Assembly (NCBI GenBank): GCA_038248345.1
Contig: JBBRXO010000065.1
Location: forward strand, 1 to 16,127
DNA from: Armatimonadota bacterium
GTDB lineage: Bacteria; Armatimonadota; Hebobacteria; CAIYQO01
DNA: 16,127 bases
Direction: 5' to 3'
In this document: one piece after another, positions 1 through 7,110 of the stretch
How positions within the stretch are numbered: position 1 is the first letter of the stretch
How the letters are laid out: the number at the start of each line of letters is the position of its first letter
Made by a program: the position numbers and the translations under genes
The notes under the pieces: model-generated
Databases searched by the model: none
What the model was told of the DNA's origin: nothing
The model's input: only the letters and a program-made list of their open reading frames with translations

Positions 1-199
1 GAATATTTCGCAAACTGGTAGGGGCACATGGCATGTGCCCTTGATACAGGGTACGGAGGACATGACCAATGGAAGGTATGGTTACGACGTGGGCACAAGG
101 CTTGTGCCCACGTCGTAACCATACCTTCAATTGGTCATGTCCTCCGTACCCTGTATCAAGGGCACATGCCATGTGCCCCTACAAGTTTGCGAAATATTC
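1..199. repeat. 199-bp near-perfect palindrome (REPIN-like) containing two inverted GTAG-type REP units (18-40, 160-182) and a central related hairpin (89-111)
   Basis: Position i pairs with 200-i for i=1-99 except 17/183 and 71/129; the centre is base 100. The unit GTAG-GGGCACAT-GGC-ATGTGCCC (the two parts share G runs) is at 18-40 and its reverse complement is at 160-182. Confidence 0.9.
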
Positions 200-215
200 G
201 TTGCGGGTATATCAT
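187..215 (+). promoter_or_regulatory. sigma70-type promoter for tatC, probably giving a leaderless mRNA
   Basis: TTGCGA(187-192)-N17-TATCAT(210-215), followed 6 nt later by the ATG at 222. Confidence 0.55.
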
Positions 216-221
216 GAGGAC

Positions 222-995
222 ATGAGTAAGAAGCAAGTAAAAGACGAGGATGAGGGGTTGATCAGCCACCTCATGGAACTCCAGAAAAGGCTTGGCCTTA
301 TCTTGCTGGCAATTACCTTGGGGTCAATTGTCGGGTGGATTGTTTTCCCCTATGCATATGAACTGCTGGCGGGGCCGCTGCTGGAGATCGTAAAATCGAA
401 GAATGGGCGGATATTCACAATGCAACCTGGCGAAGCGTTCTTCACCCAGGGAAAGTTGGCGATTGTCATTGGCCTAATTCTCGCCTCACCGGTAGTGATC
501 TGGCAATTGTGGACGTTCGTCAAACCGGGCTTGCTGCCGGAAGAACGGAAAGCGATATCGCCTATTATTCCGGCCATCAGTTTCCTCTTTATCCTAGGAG
601 CATATATCGCCCACCTGATGATGCCCAACATCGCCCACTTCTTCCTCTCCTTCGTACCGGCAGGCGTCTATTCAGATATTGACTACCAGAATTCCTTGAA
701 CTTCCCGATGAAGTTGATGCTTACCTTCGGAGTGGCTTTCCAGCTCCCGGTGATACTCATCGGTCTCATCGCATTCCGTATGCTTACCCCCAAAATATTA
801 TTGCAACAATGGCGCTTTGCCATCGTGGGTATCGCGGTATTGGCCGCCATAATCACGCCTGATCCGTTCAATATGACCTTATTAATGCTGCCGCTCGTAT
901 TCCTCTATCTACTCACCGTCATGGTAGCATTCTGGATAGAAAAGCGCCGCAATAAAAACGAAGTTGTGACCGAAGACGAAGATAAGATATTATAG
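222..995 (+). CDS. tatC: Twin-arginine translocase subunit TatC
   Basis: Motifs LISHLMELQKRL, PGEAF, QLWTFVKPGLLPEE, FGVAFQLP, AAIITPDP and six hydrophobic segments. Start placed at ATG 222 because the ORF-track extension from 69 is just the palindrome. Confidence 0.93.
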   Translation: MSKKQVKDEDEGLISHLMELQKRLGLILLAITLGSIVGWIVFPYAYELLAGPLLEIVKSKNGRIFTMQPGEAFFTQGKLAIVIGLILASPVVIWQLWTFVKPGLLPEERKAISPIIPAISFLFILGAYIAHLMMPNIAHFFLSFVPAGVYSDIDYQNSLNFPMKLMLTFGVAFQLPVILIGLIAFRMLTPKILLQQWRFAIVGIAVLAAIITPDPFNMTLLMLPLVFLYLLTVMVAFWIEKRRNKNEVVTEDEDKIL

Positions 996-1029
996 AAGCA
1001 GAATAGGCAGAATATGTAAGGGGGAAAAG

Positions 1030-1275
1030 ATGATCAGCAACGAAATATTGGTGGAAGTTGTTCGAGTAGAGCAGAGTAAATGTCAGCAGCCCGGTGACAC
1101 TTTCATCATCGGAAAGAGGACTCCCAGCGGAATGTGTTGCCGGGCATTCCACGCAATATATCCCAGCGTGGTGGCGATGCGCTTTTCAGAAACATGTGCC
1201 TGGGAGGAAGATGGCCATATGGATGTTACCTGCCCAGACGGGTTTGTAACTTACCGGCTGAAAAGGAATATCTAA
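1030..1275 (+). CDS. TIGR04076-family small Cys-containing protein
   Basis: 81 aa with KC..PGDTF, P.GMCCRAFHAIYP, TCPDG.VTYRLKR; AAGGGGG RBS upstream. Confidence 0.75.
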   Translation: MISNEILVEVVRVEQSKCQQPGDTFIIGKRTPSGMCCRAFHAIYPSVVAMRFSETCAWEEDGHMDVTCPDGFVTYRLKRNI

Positions 1276-1279
1276 TAGC

Positions 1280-1310
1280 AATGTGGGGCGCATGATATGC
1301 GCCCCACATT
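1280..1310. terminator. Bidirectional terminator / REP-like hairpin between convergent genes
   Basis: AATGTGGGGCGCAT-GAT-ATGCGCCCCACATT, 14-bp perfect stem followed by TATTT. Confidence 0.75.
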
Positions 1311-1319
1311 TATTTCTCA

Positions 1320-1646
1320 CTATTCCTCGTCCGTAGCTTCTACAACTCGTGCCGGCAATTCCAACCGGTTCCTGATCTCAGGATTGGGCTTGTAGAGCAG
1401 GAAGGTAAAGCCTACCTTCCCCGCCATGTAGCTATCCGTCTGCTCCGCCAGCTGTGCAGCGACATCCGGCAAGGTGGCGGGTGCTGTTTTCAATACGCGC
1501 ACTTTCAATAGTTCCCGTGTGCGGAAGGCGTCCAGGGTAACGGTGACACACTCTTCGCTCACCCCTTCTTTGCCCACATGCACCACCGGGTCGAGCAATT
1601 GCCCGCGTCCCCGGAGATAAGTTTTCTGTTTTCCCGTCAATTCCAT
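1320..1646 (-). CDS. yhbY: YhbY/CRM-domain RNA-binding ribosome assembly protein
   Basis: MELTGKQKTYLRGRGQLLDPVVHVGKEG...RELLKVRVL...VGFTFLLYK; RBS GTGAGGT upstream of ATG 1646. Confidence 0.9.
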   Translation of the reverse strand: MELTGKQKTYLRGRGQLLDPVVHVGKEGVSEECVTVTLDAFRTRELLKVRVLKTAPATLPDVAAQLAEQTDSYMAGKVGFTFLLYKPNPEIRNRLELPARVVEATDEE

Positions 1647-1678
1647 CCGGTCAATTACCTCACTTTTCATCGGTATTA

Positions 1679-1687
1679 ATTGTAGCA
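1679..1687 (-). promoter_or_regulatory. Extended -10 promoter element for yhbY
   Basis: Minus strand reads TG-C-TACAAT about 33 nt upstream of the start codon. Confidence 0.45.
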
Positions 1688-1743
1688 TAAAATGACGATG
1701 TGGGGGGTATGAGCTTGGGGCGTAACCAGGAGTATCGTTTTTA

Positions 1744-1781
1744 CCTAACCCCTCGGCCCTCTTCCCGGCGCGGGAAGGGGG
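1744..1781. repeat. Short palindromic repeat of the CCCTCACCCC..CCCTCTCCC..GGGAGAGGG type
   Basis: CCTAACCCCTCGGCCCT-CTTCCCG-GCG-CGGGAAG-GGGG: a C-rich leader plus hairpin resembling a widespread REP-like class. Confidence 0.5.
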
Positions 1782-1843
1782 TATCCAAACGAATGATTAC
1801 GCTTTCCCGTGAGGTAATTGCAAAACCTCATTTAAGTTTGTCA

Positions 1844-1976
1844 TGGGCAACGCCCAAGGGATATAATGGCAAAGAAAGACCCAGCCCTGTAAGGGCGACA
1901 TAACAAGGATTAATCTGCCGCCCTTTCAGGGCTTGGCAGTTTTTGATACCCTTTACCCTGGGCGTTGCCCAGGGCT
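1844..1976. repeat. Composite REP/MITE-like palindromic element
   Basis: TGGGCAACGCCCA (1844-1856) has an exact reverse complement at 1959-1971. AGCCCTGTAAGGGCGACA (1883-1900) pairs with 1916-1933 with 2 mismatches. Each unit is itself a small hairpin. Confidence 0.75.
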
Positions 1977-2010
1977 ACAACATACGAGCCTTTCGGGCCG
2001 GACTTTTTCC

Positions 2011-2035
2011 GCCCAAAGGTAGTCCGCGTAGGCGG
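2011..2035 (+). repeat. Partial copy of the element at 13735-13850
   Basis: GCCCAAAGGTAGTCCGCGTAGGCGG versus GCCCGAAGGTAGTCCGCGTAGGTGG (13781-13805), 23/25 identical. Confidence 0.8.
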
Positions 2036-2036
2036 T

Positions 2037-3308
2037 CTACATCACCGGGACAACACCCAGAATCCCGGTTTTGGCGGTTCCTGTTGGCTCTGGCGCTAAT
2101 TTCAACGTCACTGGCACTGTATTCTCAACGCCATTCTCGCCACGCAATACGACAAAAATATCGCGGTCCTGCGTTTTTTCATACTCGTGTCCTACCAACT
2201 CTTCTATGGCATACGGATCGTAGCCGATCATCTTTTCCTCGGGCATAGCGAAGACACCTTTACCGATCTCCTCTAGCTTGATTGTCTTTAAGGTCAATTT
2301 ATTGTCCTTCATCCTCGGCGCCATAATCAATACAGACTTCACCGGAATTTCTGGTTTCACAGTCACTGTGAAGAGCGCTTTCTGGTTGATAGATAATCCT
2401 GCCAGGTCTCCACCCTCCATTCTCCCGGTAGGAGTGTTATTCACCGTCGCCACCGTCGCCGCCACATCCAACTGCGGTACCATGGTATGCCAGTACGCCG
2501 TCATGCCCAGGCTGATAACTACACAATAAAGGGCGAACCACGCCAGCTGTTTCGGTGATCCCTGCATGATCTTCATCAGCCAACTCACTGCAAAATATCC
2601 ACTCACCGCAGCGGCGATAAAACCTGCCGCCAGTGCAGCATTTGATATAGTGCCCCCACCGTGCAGCAATGCGCCGGATTTCACCACCCCGGCCGCCAGA
2701 ATCACCGGCACGGAGAGCAGAAAGGAGAAGCGCGGCGCCGTCTCACGATCCATACCGGAGAGCAGACCGCCAGAGATAGTAGCGCCAGAGCGGCTGATTC
2801 CGGGGAAGAGCGCACATGCCTGGAAGAAGCCCACAATTAACGCGTCTTTCCACGTCAATTCTTCGATCTTTCGCGTGCCCTCTTTGCGGCGCGAGATCCA
2901 GAAAAGCAGCGCGGCAGTCACTAGCAGCATAATGGCAGTATCGGGGAAGTTCTCGAAACGCGCTTCCAGAAAACCCTTCGCCTTGTAATACATCAAACCT
3001 GCCGGTAAGGTACCAATGATGAGTAACACCACTAGTCTGCTATAGACATTCTCTTTCCACGCCTGTTTCGGGCGGACAATAACTGCCCCCAACCCACCCA
3101 GCAGCATGAGGATATCTTTATAGAAGTATATCACCACCGCCAGCAAGGTTCCCCAATGCAGTATGACATCGAAGAAAACAGTATCAGATGCGGTGAGATG
3201 AATATGCAGGAAGTGATCAGCGAAGAGCAGATGCGATTTCGAACTAATCGGCAGGAACTCGGCCAGCCCCTGAACCAGCCCCATAATAAGGGCCTTGATG
3301 ATCTCCAT
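2037..3308 (-). CDS. uppP: Undecaprenyl-diphosphate phosphatase (BacA/UppP) with C-terminal extension
   Basis: GLVQGLAEFLPISSKSH, LHWGTLLAV, FQACALFPGISRSGATI, FSFLLSVP motifs; GAGAGGA RBS before ATG 3308; 423 aa. Confidence 0.93.
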   Translation of the reverse strand: MEIIKALIMGLVQGLAEFLPISSKSHLLFADHFLHIHLTASDTVFFDVILHWGTLLAVVIYFYKDILMLLGGLGAVIVRPKQAWKENVYSRLVVLLIIGTLPAGLMYYKAKGFLEARFENFPDTAIMLLVTAALLFWISRRKEGTRKIEELTWKDALIVGFFQACALFPGISRSGATISGGLLSGMDRETAPRFSFLLSVPVILAAGVVKSGALLHGGGTISNAALAAGFIAAAVSGYFAVSWLMKIMQGSPKQLAWFALYCVVISLGMTAYWHTMVPQLDVAATVATVNNTPTGRMEGGDLAGLSINQKALFTVTVKPEIPVKSVLIMAPRMKDNKLTLKTIKLEEIGKGVFAMPEEKMIGYDPYAIEELVGHEYEKTQDRDIFVVLRGENGVENTVPVTLKLAPEPTGTAKTGILGVVPVM

Positions 3309-3361
3309 AGTTGTGAAATTCCTCTCAAATGTGACAAACAATATATCTTTTTGTCGCGAGA

Positions 3362-3415
3362 AGTATACCATAATTCATTTTGTAGTTGATACCTTGCCCG
3401 CTAGCCCCATGTCAA
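3362..3415 (-). promoter_or_regulatory. Candidate promoter elements for uppP
   Basis: Extended -10 TG-G-TATACT at 3370-3362, and a separate TTGACA at 3415-3410 that is too far away to pair with that -10. Confidence 0.4.
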
Positions 3416-3522
3416 TTCATTATCAAATCTGCTAAATACCGCATTGTCCCGCACTTATAGCAGGAAACGCCGCCCCGAACGCCGAACAATTCAATAACTG
3501 GATTGGCGACGGGGTAAATAAC

Positions 3523-5295
3523 TTGTTTCTTGCAAATATTCTCAATAAACCGGTTATAGATGCAGCAGGGGTACGCCTGGGGTGGGTGGATGACCTGGTG
3601 CTGAATGAACTAGACCTATTCCCGACCGTCCACGCACTGGTGCTGGGCCGGGGTGGGCAGGGGGCACTGATCATCACCTGGGATGACGTCGCTGATTACG
3701 CCGAGAAGGTGCTGCATTTAAATGTCCCACGGGAGGAACTCCTTGATTTAGAGATGCCCGATGACGCGATTTTCCTGCGCCGCGACATCTTAGATCAGCA
3801 GGTGGTGGATATCAACGGTCGCCGCGTAGTACGCGTGAACGACCTGCAATTAAACGACATCGAAGGTGATTTACGGCTGGTAGGAGCGGATATCGGCCTC
3901 ACTGGCTTGTTGCGTCGTTTGAGTCTGGAACGGCCGTCCCGTGTGCTGGCCGCCATGGTAAACGCCAAGCTCCCCGAACGAATCATCCCGTGGAACTACA
4001 TCGAAGGGATCGAACGGGAGTGGACTTCCATAAAACTCAACATCAGCCACCGCCGCTTGCGCGAAATGCCCGCCATCGAAATCGCAGATATTATCGCCCA
4101 GCTTCACCCCCTGGATCGCGACCAACTCTTCACTAAAATGGATGACAGCACCCTCGCTGACGCCCTGCCCCACCTGGAAGATGGGATGCAGGTCGATGTA
4201 ATCCGCGCCATGGGTGATGAACGCGCATCGGATATTATCGAGTTGATGGCCCCGGATGACGCAGCTGACGTGCTAGGTGATATGCACGAAGACGAGGCCG
4301 AGCGTATTCTGCACCTGATGGAACCAGAAGAGGCCGCGGATGTCCGCGAGCTATTGCAATACGAAGATGATACCGCGGGTGGACGCATGACTACCGAGTA
4401 TATCGCCTTTGGTGATAAGCTGACGGTGGCACAAGCGATGATTGAACTGCGCGAGCAGGCGCAGGAAGCGGAAACGATATATTACCTTTATGCGATCAAT
4501 GAGGCGGAAAAACTCGTCGGCGTCCTCTCCCTTCGCGATCTCCTTACTGCACCAGAGGACTCGTTGATCAGCGAGCATATTGAACGCGATGTCATCAAAG
4601 TGCATGTGGAGGATAACCAGGAAGATGTGGCGCGCATCCTCACCAAATATCACTTGCTGGCCTTGCCAGTGATAGACGATGAAAATATCTTACGTGGTAT
4701 CGTTACAGCGGACGTAGTCCTCGATGTAATCCATGAAGAAAGCGAAGAGGATATCTCCCGCCTGGCCGGCGCTGTTGATGAAAGTGACGAATTAGCCTCC
4801 CCTGTTGAACAGGCCATGACCCGCTTCCCCTCTATCATCTTCGCCGGCATTGCCGGTATGGTGATGACCATATTATTAGCATACAACAATCCTGCCCACT
4901 CGCTGGTACTCTTCGCACTGCTACCGCTGTTGATCCTCCCCGGTATGCAGATCGGCGGCCTGGGAGTGGCGACTATCACTGTCTTGCTGGCAGAAGAATA
5001 TGACACCGATGAGGCATTGCGCTATCTATTACAAACACAATGGGTTACGGTGTTGCTGATAGCCGTCGCCACTGCATTGGTCGGAGGGATATTCTCCCGC
5101 TTGTTTGACCCCAATGCCAACGCCCTCGGCGCTATGCTGGCGGTCTTCGCCGTGCTGGTTGCCGAGATGCTCGCTGGCTCCTTACTCCCTGTCCTGCTGC
5201 ACCGCCTGCGCTGGGATCCGCTGGTAATCAGCCGGCCAGCCCTGGCCATCCTCGCCGTAGTTATCGGAGTACCGTTATTGATGTTGGTACTGTAG
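3523..5295 (+). CDS. mgtE: MgtE-like protein: two PRC-barrel-like repeats, MgtE N domain, CBS pair and a divergent 5-TM domain
   Basis: ILDQQVVDINGRRVVRVNDL, MAPDDAADVLGDM, LLQYEDDTAGGRMTTEY, ETIYYLYAI, LVGVLSLRDLL, KYHLLALPVID, GIVTADVVLDVIHEE; hydrophobic C-terminus; TTG start. Confidence 0.85.
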   Translation: MFLANILNKPVIDAAGVRLGWVDDLVLNELDLFPTVHALVLGRGGQGALIITWDDVADYAEKVLHLNVPREELLDLEMPDDAIFLRRDILDQQVVDINGRRVVRVNDLQLNDIEGDLRLVGADIGLTGLLRRLSLERPSRVLAAMVNAKLPERIIPWNYIEGIEREWTSIKLNISHRRLREMPAIEIADIIAQLHPLDRDQLFTKMDDSTLADALPHLEDGMQVDVIRAMGDERASDIIELMAPDDAADVLGDMHEDEAERILHLMEPEEAADVRELLQYEDDTAGGRMTTEYIAFGDKLTVAQAMIELREQAQEAETIYYLYAINEAEKLVGVLSLRDLLTAPEDSLISEHIERDVIKVHVEDNQEDVARILTKYHLLALPVIDDENILRGIVTADVVLDVIHEESEEDISRLAGAVDESDELASPVEQAMTRFPSIIFAGIAGMVMTILLAYNNPAHSLVLFALLPLLILPGMQIGGLGVATITVLLAEEYDTDEALRYLLQTQWVTVLLIAVATALVGGIFSRLFDPNANALGAMLAVFAVLVAEMLAGSLLPVLLHRLRWDPLVISRPALAILAVVIGVPLLMLVL

Positions 5296-5297
5296 AA

Positions 5298-6227
5298 ATG
5301 AACACCCGCAACGCCAAACCGAAAATCGCAGTAATCGGCCCCGGAGCGCTGGGCACGCTGTTTGCGGCGCGCTTTGCCTTGGCGAGGATCCCCACGTTAT
5401 TGTTCGACCATCGAGCAGAACGGGCGCAGTTGCTCAACAAATCCGGGCTGGTCTTACGTAAAGGCGAAGTTGAGAGCCACGTCAAAGTACCAGTCACCGC
5501 CGATCCTGCCTTGTTGAAGGATGTCGAATTTGTCCTGCTGCTAGTAAAGTCGTACCAGACGGAAGACGCCGCGGCAACGCTGGCCGAACACCTGCCGGAT
5601 ACCGCCGCAGTGCTGACGCTGCAGAATGGCCTGGGCAATGTGGAGATCTTGCAGGCACACCTGGGATCAGATCGCGTATGGGGAGGCACCACGGCGCAGG
5701 GGGCATTGCTGGAAGAGCCGGGAGTTGTTACCGATATGGGGGATGGCCCCACGGTGATCGGCCGCCTGACGGACATGTTGGATGGCCGCACGCAATTACT
5801 TGCCCATTTATTGCTGTCTGCGGGCTTCGCCACCGCTATTACCGATGAGTTACAGGCGGCACTCTGGAACAAAGTCATCCTGAACGCTGCCATCAATCCG
5901 GTGGGCGCACTCACCCGGCTCCGCAACGGTGAGCTTGCCAGCAATGATGATACGTTGAAGATGATGACGGCCGCCGCACGCGAGGCGGCAAATATCGCGC
6001 TAAAACATGGTATTAAACTGCCAGAAACCGACTGGCGGGCGCGCCTGCTCACCGTCTGCCAGGCGACGGCAAATAACCGCAACTCGATGTTGCAAGACGT
6101 GCTGAACAACCGCCGGACAGAGATCGACGCCATCAACGGCGCCATCGTACGCATCGCCGACCAGCACCGATTAAAAGCGCCTATAAATCGCTCACTCTGG
6201 TATTTACTTAAAGGATTGGCGGGGTGA
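5298..6227 (+). CDS. panE: 2-dehydropantoate 2-reductase (ketopantoate reductase)
   Basis: IAVIGPGALG Rossmann motif, VKSYQT, LQNGLGN, LWNKVILNAAINP, NSMLQDV..RRTEIDAING. Confidence 0.93.
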   Translation: MNTRNAKPKIAVIGPGALGTLFAARFALARIPTLLFDHRAERAQLLNKSGLVLRKGEVESHVKVPVTADPALLKDVEFVLLLVKSYQTEDAAATLAEHLPDTAAVLTLQNGLGNVEILQAHLGSDRVWGGTTAQGALLEEPGVVTDMGDGPTVIGRLTDMLDGRTQLLAHLLLSAGFATAITDELQAALWNKVILNAAINPVGALTRLRNGELASNDDTLKMMTAAAREAANIALKHGIKLPETDWRARLLTVCQATANNRNSMLQDVLNNRRTEIDAINGAIVRIADQHRLKAPINRSLWYLLKGLAG

Positions 6228-6245
6228 AGTAATCCTCATTTCCCA

Positions 6246-6275
6246 TTGACACTCATTCCTTACGTTGTGTAAGGT
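6246..6275 (+). promoter_or_regulatory. Candidate sigma70 promoter
   Basis: TTGACA(6246-6251)-N18-TAAGGT with an upstream TG; GGAGG RBS at 6283-6287. Confidence 0.4.
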
Positions 6276-6297
6276 TACAGACGGAGGCAATAATAAT

Positions 6298-7110
6298 ATG
6301 CGTATTGGAATTTGTGCTTCTTTGGATAGTATGGCGGACGCTAAAAGGGCGGGGTTTGTCTTCGGCGAATTGTCAGCGGGTACGCTTCTCCCATTCGCTG
6401 ATGAAGTTGAATTTGCCCCGGTACGCGCGGAGATTCTCGCTGCGCCATTGCCGATAGAAGCCGTCAATTGTTTCATCCCGAAGCAGCTGAAAGTAACCGG
6501 GCCGGCAGTTGATTTCCCGGCACTGATCAACTACATGGAGACCATCCTGCGCCGAACAGTCGAAATCGGGGCGGAGATCATGGTCTTTGGCAGCGGCGGA
6601 GCACGCCAGGCACCAGCGGGTTTCCCATTGGAACAGGCACGGGAACAATTTCTGCATGCCGTCGGTGTCGCCGGAGATATCGGGGCTAAATATGGCGTAA
6701 CAATCGCGCTGGAGCCTCTGAGCACCAGCGAGTGTAATATCTTTAACTACGTCTCGCAGGGCATTGAGTTCGTCGATTCAGTAAAAAACGCCAACGTGAA
6801 ACTCCTCGCCGATATGTACCACATGGGCACACTGCGAGAGCCAGTCGCTCACATGATTGATGCCGGCGCGCGCCTGATACATATCCACATCGACACCCCC
6901 ATATTGCCTGGCCTGCAAGGGGGCCGAGTATATGATTACGCGGCTTTCCTGGCCTCCTTGCAACAGGCAGGTTTCTCCGGTAGAATTTCAATTGAAGATC
7001 ATTCCGATATGTTGGGTACTGCACAATCGGTAACACGAGTGGACATGTATCGCAGCATAGTTGACTATCTCATCTCACAACAAGCAAAATCTTTGGAGGA
7101 TTTACTATGA
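6298..7110 (+). CDS. Sugar phosphate isomerase/epimerase (xylose isomerase-like TIM barrel)
   Basis: VFGSGGAR, IALEPL..ECN, LLADMYHM, HIHI and ISIE metal-ligand pattern; GGAGG RBS before ATG 6298. Confidence 0.85.
   Translation: MRIGICASLDSMADAKRAGFVFGELSAGTLLPFADEVEFAPVRAEILAAPLPIEAVNCFIPKQLKVTGPAVDFPALINYMETILRRTVEIGAEIMVFGSGGARQAPAGFPLEQAREQFLHAVGVAGDIGAKYGVTIALEPLSTSECNIFNYVSQGIEFVDSVKNANVKLLADMYHMGTLREPVAHMIDAGARLIHIHIDTPILPGLQGGRVYDYAAFLASLQQAGFSGRISIEDHSDMLGTAQSVTRVDMYRSIVDYLISQQAKSLEDLL

Noticed and set aside
28..225. 65-aa ORF and the 51-aa N-terminal extension of tatC (from 69)
   Set aside because: Both are translations of the palindromic repeat; TatC similarity begins at Met 222.
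1..2035. CRISPR array
   Set aside because: The repeats are inverted or nested rather than regularly spaced direct repeats with unique spacers, and no cas genes are present.
1700..2248. ORFs 1700-1903 and 1943-2248
   Set aside because: They run through repeat elements or antisense to uppP and have no RBS or protein-like features.
5261..6154. 297-aa antisense ORF and the many other overlapping short ORFs
   Set aside because: They are shadow frames of well-supported genes (panE, GH38, kinase, pyrE, leuB) with no recognisable motifs.
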